Shown piece after piece: positions 31,502-41,373 of a DNA stretch of 64,000 nt. A program made the translations under genes and the position numbers. A model generated the notes under the pieces. That model saw nothing but the letters and a program-made list of their open reading frames with translations. It had not been told where the DNA came from and ran no database searches. Origin of the DNA: a virus (Duplodnaviria; Heunggongvirae; Uroviricota; Caudoviricetes); the IMG/VR virus record IMGVR_UViG_3300029711_000004. One strand, written 5' to 3'. Numbering within the stretch: position 1 is the stretch's first letter; each line of letters opens with the position of its first letter.

Positions 31502-33756
31502 ATCGCCATAACGTCATGAGCAACACCACGAGTGTCTCCCTTACAAGACACAGAACGTCTGGCAAAGAGAGGTTCCACTCTGAAGCCACTGTCCTGATAA
31601 AGTTCTCTGACGTTTGGCGCGCCACTGTTAGTAATGAGTACCTTTGCACCTCGGCGATGAGCATCCGTCAACAGAGACACCAGGCGTTTTTGCTCTTCAA
31701 ACTTAAAGTCATGACCGGAATAGTTCGTGAACCCCTCTGTATTGGGGAGCGGTTCATACGGCGGATCGCAAAAGATGACATCTCCTTCTCCGGCAGCTTC
31801 AATCACTGCTGCAAAATCACCGCATACAAACTCAGACCGCCCTTCCGCACCGAGGAAGGCTTCCATCTCCTGTAATGGGAAATACGGAGTTTTATACTTC
31901 CCATAACCGACATTGAACTCACCGGCCTGGTTGTAACGCGTCAATCCGTTAAAACAATGTCGGTTCAGGAACAAAAACGCCGCTGCGCGATGTAAATCAT
32001 CATAGACTTGTTTGTTAAACGCATTCCGTACTGCCAGGTATCCTTCCTGTGTGTTGTAGTCCTGGAAGAAACGATGTGCCAGAGTGATAAGTGAATGCGC
32101 CTCGCGTTGCAGAGTCTTGTAAAAGTTAATCAGGTCAGCATTCACATCATTTAGCAGATTTTCCTGGTATCCGGCATTCATGAAGACAGCTCCGCCACCA
32201 ACGAAAGGTTCAATCAGGCGCTTCCCTTCTGGCAAATAGCGAAAGATTTGTTCCAGAACACCAAATTTTCCACCAGCCCATTTGAATATGGACCGTTCGA
32301 ATTCTGCCGCTGGTTTAACTTTTCGCTCTTTTGTTTCACTTCCTTCTTTCTGCCGACATACGGCCTTAGTAATCCGATCGCCAATCCAGCGCATTACTGG
32401 TATTGCCATACTATTGCCGATCGCTTTGTAACGCGGTCCGTCAGCTGCAAGCATCGCGGCCTCTTCTTCGCTTAAATCTGGATAGTGATTGCGAAGATAT
32501 GCCAGTTCATCTGAATTAACTTTTTTACGCTTTTCCGTCGGGATCAACGTATGCCCATCAGGAAAACCTTGCAGCCTTTCACATTCGACAGGGGTAAGAC
32601 GGCGGACAGCTACTTCTGCGTTTCTTACTTCATAGCAAACAGCTGTTGGATTTTTAGCCATTAGAGATGGTGAAGTATTCTTAGTTGCAGCATGTTGTGT
32701 ACCGCTCATACGCTCAGGAAAAGCCAATGTAACAAGATGCTCATGGCTTTCTTGCTCACGTGCCCGCAATGTACCATGCCCTTCTGACCAAAAACCTGCT
32801 CCTGTGCTGCTAAAAACGGCAAGGTCAGTGGCATCTTTAAAATCTCTTGCCTTTACTGTCGATGCGGTTTCATCGTCAATATATTCCCCAAATGCTGCCA
32901 TCCTGAAAGCGTTTACGGCTTTCGTCGATTTCATACCGGGTGGCATGTCAGCGTGTAGGCATGGATTTAGGCTTTCGCCACTGATTGCAGCGCCATTTGC
33001 AATAATGGCGGAAGCGATTTCCTTCTTTTTTCGGCTCGGCGCAATATCCCGGCGCACGCCTTCGAACTCAAAAAGTACCGTTGCGGGATCGAGGTCTGTT
33101 CGAGCACTTGCGACAACAAACACGCGTCGGCGTCGTTGTGCCACTCCGAAGTATTGGGCATCAAGGATTCTCCAGGCCACCTTTCGCTGCGGTCCATAAA
33201 TACAACCACACTGCGGCCACTTTGGAGCATGGCAACCGGTTTTGCCATCCCACCGCCAGAACGCGTTACTTTTTCCTGATTCAGGTCGATCACCTGGTTC
33301 AAATGGCGCATCTTCTCCAGCCAATCCGGCAAGGAAACATCCGAAGGCGTTATCTGCCGATGACAGGACTCCTGGGACATTTTCCCAGACGATAACTGTC
33401 GGTTTGAGAAATGACTCAGCCCGTTTGTCGTCAATTGCATTTGCAAGCTCCACATACTTTAAAGTTAGCGCGCCACGCTCATCATCAAGCCCACCACGTA
33501 ATCCAGCGATACTGAATGCCTGACAAGGTGTTCCCCCGACGAGCACATCAGGGGATTCGATTTCCCCAGCCAGGACTTTTTTGGCAAGTTTTGTCATGTC
33601 GCCAAGGTTGGCGACATGGGGCCAGCGGTGCGCAAGAACGGCAGATGGAAAAGGCTCGATTTCAGCAAACCACGCCGGACGCATACCCAACGGTTCCCAG
33701 GCAATACTCGCGGCTTCAATTCCACTGCAAACAGATCCATAGCACAGCTCTTTCAC
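31492..33756 (-). CDS. dmt: Dmt bifunctional DNA methyltransferase (754 aa): N-terminal C5-cytosine, C-terminal Dam-like N6-adenine
   Basis: [12 protein letters not shown] and ENV motifs, then FKWAGGK and DPPY motifs. Confidence 0.9.
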
Positions 33757-34658
33757 TGCTTAGCCTCTCCACCAAGGGCATTTACCAGAGCATCAACCAG
33801 GCACGAAATTTCACTGGTCAACAGGAAGAAATCTGCGTCCAGTCGCTGCGCTACATCTTCACTATCAATATCAGAGTTCTGATCAAGCAATTCATCCGCA
33901 AATTTGACGCTGGTAAGGCTGAAGTTATGGTCCAGTGTAAATTTAATGCGGTTCTGCCAGTCGAGTGCCAACTTAGTGACGCGCTTGCCAGCTTCCAGGT
34001 GTGTGGAAATTTCATCGCTTCCCAAATCCTGCTTTTTCACTCGGGCAATACCGCCATCCTCAAGCACTGCCTTAAGTTCTGCCGCATCCCCCATTTGAAA
34101 TCCATGTGGAGCACTACCATCACGTACCCAGTCGGTCAGCGTTAATTCAATGGGATTTTCAACACTTAGGGGAACAACAGGAAGAGAACCCAGAGATTTA
34201 CGCATAAGCGCGAGCATATCCTCTGCCTGCCGCGCGCTGGCATTGATATAGATACGTTTAGTTGAACCGTCGTAGATCGCCTGGATAACAGAAAACTTTG
34301 AAAAAGCCCGTGGCAGAAGAGAATGCAGAACTTCGTCTTTCAGGGAGTCCTTCTCTGTTTTCTTCAGTTTACGCGCTTGTTCTTGCTCAAGTTTTTCAAT
34401 TTTTTCTTGAATAGCTCGCTGGATAACCGGCGGGGGAAGAATTTTTGTTTCGCGCTTTGCTTCAACAAGGATAAAACCATTTCCATGCATAGCGATAACT
34501 TCGGAATTATCACCAAATGGCGATACAAAACCGAACTTGGCCATATCCTGACTACCGCATGGCGTGAAAAGGATCATTTTCTTTTTATCTTCTAAGTCGG
34601 TCAGATCCGCCTCACGAGAAAGTTTATAAATAGTAATGTTTTTCCAGTGCTTAAACAT
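33753..34658 (-). CDS. hrdC: RdgC homolog (recombination-associated), 302 aa
   Basis: [11 protein letters not shown]...[24 protein letters not shown]...GSLPVVPLS close match to E. coli RdgC; start set at MFKHWKN with AAGGG RBS. Confidence 0.9.
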   Translation of the reverse strand: MFKHWKNITIYKLSREADLTDLEDKKKMILFTPCGSQDMAKFGFVSPFGDNSEVIAMHGNGFILVEAKRETKILPPPVIQRAIQEKIEKLEQEQARKLKKTEKDSLKDEVLHSLLPRAFSKFSVIQAIYDGSTKRIYINASARQAEDMLALMRKSLGSLPVVPLSVENPIELTLTDWVRDGSAPHGFQMGDAAELKAVLEDGGIARVKKQDLGSDEISTHLEAGKRVTKLALDWQNRIKFTLDHNFSLTSVKFADELLDQNSDIDSEDVAQRLDADFFLLTSEISCLVDALVNALGGEAKQ

Positions 34659-35007
34659 GTTGTAACCCTTGAATATCAACCACAGAAAGCTCGTCTTTGT
34701 AAAAAAAGGCCAGGTTGTGGCACCCCCTCGTTTGAGCGTATGAGCTGGGACCAATTTCGTTCTTCCAGACAAATGGCTTCAAATCCGTACGGCGAAGCAT
34801 AAAAACGCGATTTGTTCCGCTCTGATTCCCAATGAGGCAAAAGCCTTCTTTCACCTTGATAGCCTGCAAGTTGTCGAGTTCACCGCTGGTTACACGGCTA
34901 TCGAACTCTTTGCGGCTTATTAGCTCCATCTGCATCTGACGACTCCAAACAAATGCCCATTGAAGGGCGATGGCTGAATGGTACCGAAAATACGACATAA
35001 AAAACAA
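34651..35007 (-). CDS. Hypothetical protein upstream of hrdC (uhr position), 118 aa
   Basis: ORF track; operator upstream. Confidence 0.5.
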   Translation of the reverse strand: MFFMSYFRYHSAIALQWAFVWSRQMQMELISRKEFDSRVTSGELDNLQAIKVKEGFCLIGNQSGTNRVFMLRRTDLKPFVWKNEIGPSSYAQTRGCHNLAFFYKDELSVVDIQGLQHV

Positions 35008-35023
35008 TATTTATTAGAGCAAT
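35007..35023 (-). promoter_or_regulatory. C1 operator upstream of uhr-hrdC-dmt
   Basis: AtATTTATTAGAGCAAT, 15/17. Confidence 0.65.
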
Positions 35024-35104
35024 TTTACAATAGGTAAACGCCATGTAGACCACAAACAACCTGAGTTAAAATAACGAAAATCAGAGCAAATAATTGGTGA
35101 TGAC

Positions 35105-35389
35105 GTGGCAAGTATTGCAACAAAAGACAGCATTTGTTCGGGGCACGGAGGATTCCCATCCAGGCCTCCTGTAGAGAGTGAACCACTACTTAAAGTCAAC
35201 GGAGTCGAAGTGTTAGTTGATGGTAAGCAATATGCACAGCATACCGATGGAAACAGTACGCACGGTGGGCAAGCTATATCAACCAGGGCATGGTTTACCG
35301 TCAATGGTAAAGGGATCGTATGCGTTGGTGACCCTGTTTCATGCGGATCTACCGTAGCGTCCGGAGACGGCCTGGTTCAGGTAAGTTAG
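35105..35389 (+). CDS. Small Gly/Cys/His-rich protein, PAAR-like (94 aa, GTG start)
   Basis: CSGHGG...VNG...HGG...VNGKG...GDPVSCGS motifs. Confidence 0.5.
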   Translation: MASIATKDSICSGHGGFPSRPPVESEPLLKVNGVEVLVDGKQYAQHTDGNSTHGGQAISTRAWFTVNGKGIVCVGDPVSCGSTVASGDGLVQVS

Positions 35390-35397
35390 GAGATATC

Positions 35398-36186
35398 ATG
35401 CTGGAAAAAGACTACCAGTTATCCGCATATAAAAAATTGGCCGCCGCCGGTGGGATGAAAACACCTGGTGCCATAACATCGGCACGAAACAGTGCTAACA
35501 CAGCAAAACTGCTTGCAGAAGAATTGACCGGATTAATTCTGGATACAATTGTCTATCCCGACACTATTACCAGTTATGTTTCAACGATCAGAACAACTAC
35601 AACCGGCTTAACGAACATTGGAGAACTGGCAACTAAGCACGCGGACCTGTTGGCTGGTTATGCAGATCTGTCAATGCTGCTTCAACTCGATATTGGTTGG
35701 GATGTTTACTGCCGTGCTAATGAGCGAGAAGTTTCAGAACTGCCGATCTCTATTGCCATTGGTGATGTGAATATTACTAAATCGCTTGAGGACGCTGTTA
35801 ACGCGCTTAATACATCAAGTTTAGTCGCTGCTATGGGGGAGATTAACCAGACCCTTAACACTGGCTCAGTAAGCTCGTCAGGCTCTGGTTCAGGCGGCGG
35901 CACTGCCACTCCCCCACCAACACTGACAGAAGAGCAAATTGAATCTCTGAAAGTAGCAACTGAACAGTTTGGGGTTGTTTTCAACCAGACAACAGCGCCC
36001 ACAACTGCGTTACAACAGCAGTATGAACGAGCGAATGAAAGCGCCAACGTAGCCATAACTGCTTATAACCATGCTATCGGTACCGCGCTTGCGGAAGCAT
36101 CAGCAAATAAGGCCAGCACAGCCAGCGCAGTTGCCGCTTTGGTTCCTGATTCTGTTCTTGATGAATTAAACAAAGCGGCACAGTAA
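35398..36186 (+). CDS. Hypothetical protein (262 aa) with Ser/Gly/Thr-rich linker
   Basis: AGGAG RBS before ATG at 35398. Confidence 0.6.
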   Translation: MLEKDYQLSAYKKLAAAGGMKTPGAITSARNSANTAKLLAEELTGLILDTIVYPDTITSYVSTIRTTTTGLTNIGELATKHADLLAGYADLSMLLQLDIGWDVYCRANEREVSELPISIAIGDVNITKSLEDAVNALNTSSLVAAMGEINQTLNTGSVSSSGSGSGGGTATPPPTLTEEQIESLKVATEQFGVVFNQTTAPTTALQQQYERANESANVAITAYNHAIGTALAEASANKASTASAVAALVPDSVLDELNKAAQ

Positions 36187-36225
36187 CAAAGGACTTCATT
36201 GATAATTTTTCTTCAGGAGGAAGAC

Positions 36226-36648
36226 ATGTCATTCTTTTCTACGTTAAAAACAGCTTTGTCTTTGAAGGAGAAACTTGCTGCTACTGGTGTTCTTGTTCTG
36301 ATTTGCGCACTTGTTGGTGCTGGGTTTGCATGGGAACGTCATCAGCTAAAGCAAGCCATAGAGAAAATTGGCAGTCTTGATCAGGCTGTTAAGGAACGTG
36401 ATAAGTCAATAATGGATCTTAACCAGACCATTGAGACGATGAACAAAGCAGAGCAACATTTTCACAGCCAGGAAGTGAAAAATGAATCAGAACAAGCCAA
36501 GTATGCTGACAGGCAAATGGAACGAAAAGCTGAAGTTCAGAAACAACTGGTTGCGGCGGGTAATGTTCGCCAACGTATTCCTGCTGACACTCAGCGGTTG
36601 CTCCGGGAGTCGATCAGCGAATTTAACGCCGACGCCGACAAAGGTTAA
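36226..36648 (+). CDS. i-spanin-like protein (Rz-like): N-terminal TM helix plus periplasmic coiled coil
   Basis: MSFFSTLK...VLVLICALVGAGFAW; AGGAGGAAGAC RBS. Confidence 0.6.
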   Translation: MSFFSTLKTALSLKEKLAATGVLVLICALVGAGFAWERHQLKQAIEKIGSLDQAVKERDKSIMDLNQTIETMNKAEQHFHSQEVKNESEQAKYADRQMERKAEVQKQLVAAGNVRQRIPADTQRLLRESISEFNADADKG

Positions 36649-36814
36649 CCACCCTGCCCCCAAAAGTGCATTTATGTGCAGGATGCCAGAATTTAGCAGT
36701 GAATATTTTGATGATCTGCCAGCCTATATCCTTGATACAGAAACGATGCTGATGGGGATTAACAGGAAGAATCGCAATGTTAATGATTACAACCGAGCTA
36801 TTAGCGGTAACTAA
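36563..36814 (+). CDS. o-spanin-like outer-membrane lipoprotein (Rz1-like), overlapping end of previous gene in another frame
   Basis: Lipobox LLTLSGC in MFANVFLLTLSGCSGS. Confidence 0.55.
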   Translation: MFANVFLLTLSGCSGSRSANLTPTPTKVNHPAPKSAFMCRMPEFSSEYFDDLPAYILDTETMLMGINRKNRNVNDYNRAISGN

Positions 36815-36825
36815 AAGGGATTTTT

Positions 36826-37218
36826 ATGTCTGATAAAGTAACAGTAAAGCAAACTATCAACAAAGCGACTTCAATCTACAAAATTGAGCAAATCACTGTT
36901 GGCAAGCCAGGGTCAGAACAATACCGTCGTGCTTTCGAGCTTGCCGCTCAGCTTGGTTTAAAACACCCGGATTGCATTGAGCATGTATTTCCGACCTATG
37001 CTGATGAGCAATGTACTCATGTTCTTACCGAAGAGGATTTTTTCAGCACTGAAGAACGAGAAGGCGTTGATCGCTGCATTGGTGTGATTTGTTCTTCGGT
37101 AAGTGATGAGTTATTCCCTAATGTGCCTGAATATGGTGGTATTGGATACCAATTCCTGTACGAGGGCGATGAGCTTAAATGCTATGAACATGGTCTTCTC
37201 ATCGAAAGCGTAGAATAA
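36826..37218 (+). CDS. Hypothetical protein (130 aa) upstream of oriR (upfA position)
   Basis: ORF track. Confidence 0.55.
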   Translation: MSDKVTVKQTINKATSIYKIEQITVGKPGSEQYRRAFELAAQLGLKHPDCIEHVFPTYADEQCTHVLTEEDFFSTEEREGVDRCIGVICSSVSDELFPNVPEYGGIGYQFLYEGDELKCYEHGLLIESVE

Positions 37219-37259
37219 TACGACTCCCTTCCAACCGGCTACGTTGGCCGGTTTTTCAC

Positions 37260-37520
37260 TTATCCACATTATCCACTGGATAGATCCAATAATCAGGTCC
37301 ATACAGATCCCAATTAGATCCATATAGATCCCTGATCGTTGCAGGCCGCGCCACGTCTGGCTTAGAAGTGTATCGCGATGTGTGCTGGAGGGAAAACGAT
37401 GTGTGCTGGAGGGATAAAAATGTGTGCTGACGGGTTGCTAATGTGTGCTGGCGGGATATAGGATGTGTGCTGACGGGAAAGCCTGGGTAGTTATCACCAC
37501 TTATAAAAACTATCCACACA
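37260..37520. other. oriR: Plasmid origin oriR: DnaA boxes, five GATC sites, incC iterons
   Basis: TTATCCACA x2 at 37260-37277; GATC at 37283-37337; DnaA box near 37511. Confidence 0.85.
37377..37481 (+). repeat. incC: incC: five 19-bp RepA-binding iterons
   Basis: GATGTGTGCTGGAGGGAAA and variants, 21-bp spacing. Confidence 0.9.
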
Positions 37521-37536
37521 ATTCGGAAAAAGTAAT

Positions 37537-38397
37537 ATGAATCAATCATTTATCTCCGATATTCTTTACGCAGACATTGAAAGTAAGGCAAAAGAACTAA
37601 CAGTTAATTCAAACAACACTGTCCAGCCTGTAGCGTTGATGCGCTTGGGGGTATTCGTTCCGAAGCCATCAAAGAGCAAAGGAGAAAGTAAAGAGATTGA
37701 TGCCACCAAAGCGTTTTCCCAGCTGGAGATAGCTAAAGCCGAGGGTTACGATGATATTAAAATCACCGGTCCTCGACTCGATATGGATACTGATTTCAAA
37801 ACGTGGATCGGTGTCATCTACGCGTTCAGCAAATACGGCTTGTCCTCAAACACCATCCAGTTATCGTTTCAGGAATTCGCTAAAGCCTGTGGTTTCCCCT
37901 CAAAACGTCTGGATGCGAAACTGCGTTTAACCATTCATGAATCACTTGGACGCTTGCGTAACAAGGGTATCGCTTTTAAGCGCGGAAAAGATGCTAAAGG
38001 CGGCTATCAGACTGGTCTGCTGAAGGTCGGGCGTTTTGATGCTGACCTTGATCTGATAGAGCTGGAGGCTGATTCGAAGCTGTGGGAGTTGTTCCAGCTT
38101 GATTATCGCGTTCTGTTGCAACACCACGCCTTGCGTGCCCTTCCCAAGAAAGAAGCTGCACAAGCCATTTACACTTTCATCGAAAGCCTTCCGCAGAACC
38201 CGTTGCCGCTATCGTTCGCGCGAATCCGTGAGCGCCTGGCTTTGCAGTCAGCTGTTGGCGAGCAAAACCGTATCATTAAGAAAGCGATAGAACAGCTTAA
38301 AACAATCGGCTATCTCGACTGTTCAATTGAGAAGAAAGGCCGGGAAAGTTTTGTAATCGTCCATTCTCGCAATCCAAAGCTGAAACTCCCCGAATAA
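37537..38397 (+). CDS. repA: RepA plasmid replication initiator (286 aa)
   Basis: 286-aa ORF flanked by incC and incA iterons. Confidence 0.9.
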   Translation: MNQSFISDILYADIESKAKELTVNSNNTVQPVALMRLGVFVPKPSKSKGESKEIDATKAFSQLEIAKAEGYDDIKITGPRLDMDTDFKTWIGVIYAFSKYGLSSNTIQLSFQEFAKACGFPSKRLDAKLRLTIHESLGRLRNKGIAFKRGKDAKGGYQTGLLKVGRFDADLDLIELEADSKLWELFQLDYRVLLQHHALRALPKKEAAQAIYTFIESLPQNPLPLSFARIRERLALQSAVGEQNRIIKKAIEQLKTIGYLDCSIEKKGRESFVIVHSRNPKLKLPE

Positions 38398-38404
38398 GTG
38401 TGTG

Positions 38405-38682
38405 CTGGAGGGCAGCTGCATTCAAAAAATGTGTGCTGCCGGGAAGGCTTGTCCAGTTTCCCGTTTTTGATGTGCGCTGGAGGGGGACGCCCCGCAGTTT
38501 GCTCAGACTTTCCCTCCAGCACACATCTGTCCATCCGTTTTTCCCTCCAGTGCACATGTAATTCTCTGTCTTTCCCTCCAGTACACATATTTGATACCAG
38601 CGATCCCTCCACAGCACATAATTCAATGCGACTTCCCTCTATCGCACATCTTAGACTTTTATTCTCCCTCCAGCACACATCG
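38405..38682. repeat. incA: incA: nine iterons, three direct then six inverted
   Basis: GTGTGCTGGAGGG then CCCTCCAGCACACAT copies. Confidence 0.9.
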
Positions 38683-38954
38683 AAGCTGCCGGGCAAGCCG
38701 TTCTCACCAGTTGATAGAGAGTGAAGCCTGGCTGCCCGTTGAAGCAGGAAATCACCAAAATGATTCAGGCTACAACCTGAACATAGAAGAAATCCGCGTC
38801 CTTTATACGTGGAGGATGCCAAAGCATGTTGTGGCACACTTGGCAAAGGAGTAAACATGCAGAGAATGCTATGTACAAGCATCTACGCATACATTATTAT
38901 TTTATGCAGCATTTTTAATTAAATTCAAAAATACAGCATAAAGGATGACTTTCG

Positions 38955-40151
38955 ATGAGTGATTCCAGCCAGCTTCACAAGGTTGCTCAAAGAGCAAACA
39001 GAATGCTCAATGTTCTGACTGAACAAGTACAGTTGCAAAAGGATGAGCTACACGCCAACGAGTTTTACCAGGTCTATGCGAAAGCGGCACTGGCAAAATT
39101 GCCTCTACTGACTCGAGCGAACGTTGACTATGCCGTGAGTGAAATGGAAGAAAAGGGTTATGTTTTCGATAAACGCCCTGCTGGCTCTTCAATGAAATAT
39201 GCGATGTCAATTCAGAACATCATTGACATATATGAACATCGCGGAGTGCCAAAATACCGGGATCGCTACAGCGAAGCGTATGTGATTTTCATCTCCAATC
39301 TTAAAGGCGGTGTGTCAAAAACTGTATCGACGGTTTCTCTGGCGCATGCAATGCGTGCTCACCCTCATCTTCTGATGGAAGATTTAAGGATTCTGGTTAT
39401 TGACCTTGATCCGCAATCTTCAGCAACGATGTTTTTAAGCCATAAACACTCTATTGGTATCGTAAACGCAACATCTGCACAGGCTATGTTGCAGAATGTA
39501 AGCCGTGAAGAGCTGTTAGAGGAGTTTATTGTTCCTTCTGTTGTACCTGGGGTTGACGTTATGCCTGCGTCGATTGACGATGCCTTTATTGCATCCGATT
39601 GGAGAGAGCTGTGCAATGAGCATCTACCGGGTCAGAACATCCATGCTGTCCTGAAAGAAAATGTGATTGATAAGCTGAAGAGCGATTATGACTTTATCCT
39701 CGTTGATAGTGGTCCTCACCTTGACGCCTTCCTGAAAAATGCTTTGGCCTCGGCCAATATACTGTTTACACCTCTGCCGCCTGCAACGGTTGATTTCCAC
39801 TCATCGCTTAAATACGTTGCCCGCCTTCCTGAGTTGGTGAAACTCATTTCGGATGAAGGCTGCGAGTGCCAGCTTGCGACTAACATTGGTTTTATGTCCA
39901 AATTGAGTAACAAGGCAGACCATAAGTATTGCCATAGCCTGGCTAAAGAAGTGTTCGGTGGGGATATGCTCGATGTCGTCCTCCCTCGCCTTGACGGTTT
40001 TGAACGCTGTGGCGAGTCTTTTGACACTGTTATTTCAGCTAACCCGGCAACGTATGTTGGTAGTGCTGATGCATTGAAGAACGCGCGAATTGCCGCGGAA
40101 GATTTTGCTAAAGCAGTTTTTGACCGTATTGAATTTATCAGATCTAACTGA
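38955..40151 (+). CDS. parA: ParA partition ATPase (398 aa)
   Basis: Deviant Walker A KGGVSKT; upstream of parB and parS. Confidence 0.92.
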   Translation: MSDSSQLHKVAQRANRMLNVLTEQVQLQKDELHANEFYQVYAKAALAKLPLLTRANVDYAVSEMEEKGYVFDKRPAGSSMKYAMSIQNIIDIYEHRGVPKYRDRYSEAYVIFISNLKGGVSKTVSTVSLAHAMRAHPHLLMEDLRILVIDLDPQSSATMFLSHKHSIGIVNATSAQAMLQNVSREELLEEFIVPSVVPGVDVMPASIDDAFIASDWRELCNEHLPGQNIHAVLKENVIDKLKSDYDFILVDSGPHLDAFLKNALASANILFTPLPPATVDFHSSLKYVARLPELVKLISDEGCECQLATNIGFMSKLSNKADHKYCHSLAKEVFGGDMLDVVLPRLDGFERCGESFDTVISANPATYVGSADALKNARIAAEDFAKAVFDRIEFIRSN

Positions 40152-40167
40152 GGAGTAAGAAACCCCC

Positions 40168-41169
40168 ATGTCAAAGAAAAACAGACCAACAATTGGGCGA
40201 ACCCTTAATCCTTCAATATTAAGCGGATTTGATAGTTCTTCAGCCTCTGGCGATCGAGTCGAGCAGGTATTCAAGTTATCAACTGGTCGCCAGGCCACAT
40301 TTATTGAAGAGGTAATACCTCCGAACCAGGTAGAAAGCGATACCTTTGTTGATCAGCATAACAACGGGCGTGACCAGGCATCTCTTACGCCAAAATCATT
40401 AAAAAGTATCCGAAGCACTATTAAGCATCAGCAATTTTACCCTGCAATAGGTGTTAGACGGGCTACAGGGAAAATTGAAATTTTGGATGGTTCCCGGCGT
40501 CGAGCTTCTGCCATCTTAGAGAACGTAGGGTTGCGGGTTTTAGTCACGGACCAGGAGATCAGCGTTCAGGAAGCGCAAAATTTAGCGAAAGACGTTCAGA
40601 CAGCATTGCAGCACAGCATTCGAGAAATAGGTCTGCGTTTGATGCGAATGAAAAATGATGGGATGAGTCAGAAGGATATTGCAGCCAAAGAAGGGCTGTC
40701 TCAGGCGAAGGTCACGCGTGCTCTCCAGGCAGCGAGTGCTCCGGAAGAATTAGTCGCCCTTTTCCCTGTGCAGTCGGAATTAACCTTTTCGGACTACAAA
40801 ACGCTTTGTGCTGTTGGCGACGAAATGGGGAACAAGAATTTAGAGTTTGATCAGCTTATTCAAAACATATCCCCGGAAATAAACGACATCTTATCCATTG
40901 AAGAAATGGCCGAAGATGAAGTTAAAAATAAAATCCTGCGCTTGATAACAAAGGAAGCCTCACTACTCACGGATAAAGGTTCTAAAGATAAGTCCGTAGT
41001 TACTGAATTATGGAAATTTGAGGACAAGGATCGCTTTGCAAGGAAGCGCGTGAAAGGCCGTGCATTTTCTTATGAGTTTAATCGACTCTCAAAAGAGTTA
41101 CAGGAAGAACTCGACAGGATGATTGGGCATATCCTTAGAAAGAGCCTCGATAAAAAGCCGAAGCCTTAA
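40168..41169 (+). CDS. parB: ParB partition protein (333 aa)
   Basis: 333-aa ORF between parA and parS. Confidence 0.9.
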   Translation: MSKKNRPTIGRTLNPSILSGFDSSSASGDRVEQVFKLSTGRQATFIEEVIPPNQVESDTFVDQHNNGRDQASLTPKSLKSIRSTIKHQQFYPAIGVRRATGKIEILDGSRRRASAILENVGLRVLVTDQEISVQEAQNLAKDVQTALQHSIREIGLRLMRMKNDGMSQKDIAAKEGLSQAKVTRALQAASAPEELVALFPVQSELTFSDYKTLCAVGDEMGNKNLEFDQLIQNISPEINDILSIEEMAEDEVKNKILRLITKEASLLTDKGSKDKSVVTELWKFEDKDRFARKRVKGRAFSYEFNRLSKELQEELDRMIGHILRKSLDKKPKP

Positions 41170-41171
41170 AC

Positions 41172-41258
41172 TTTCGCCATTCAAATTTCACTATTAACTG
41201 ACTGTTTTTAAAGTAAATTACTCTAAAATTTCAAGGTGAAATCGCCACGATTTCACCT
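41172..41258. other. parS: parS centromere
   Basis: TCGCCATTCAAATTTCACTATTAACTGACTG...GGTGAAATCGCCACGATTTCACC (heptamer and hexamer boxes). Confidence 0.85.
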
Positions 41259-41373
41259 TGGATTTTACCTTCCTCCCCTCCTCCCGAAAAAAATAAAAAA
41301 TTTGCTTGTCACGAGAAAGTCAACAAGTGACTTTCAATAAAATCTCTTCCGAAAAGGGATTCACACAAGTGCC

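Noticed and set aside
32967-33455. 162-aa minus-strand ORF and other alternate frames inside dmt
   Set aside because: Alternate frames within the well-supported methyltransferase gene, which carries C5- and N6-MTase motifs in its own frame.
37377-38682. Short direct and inverted repeats flanking repA that could be mistaken for a CRISPR array
   Set aside because: They are the incC and incA RepA-binding iterons: 19-bp units, no unique spacers, and they flank a replication initiator next to DnaA boxes.
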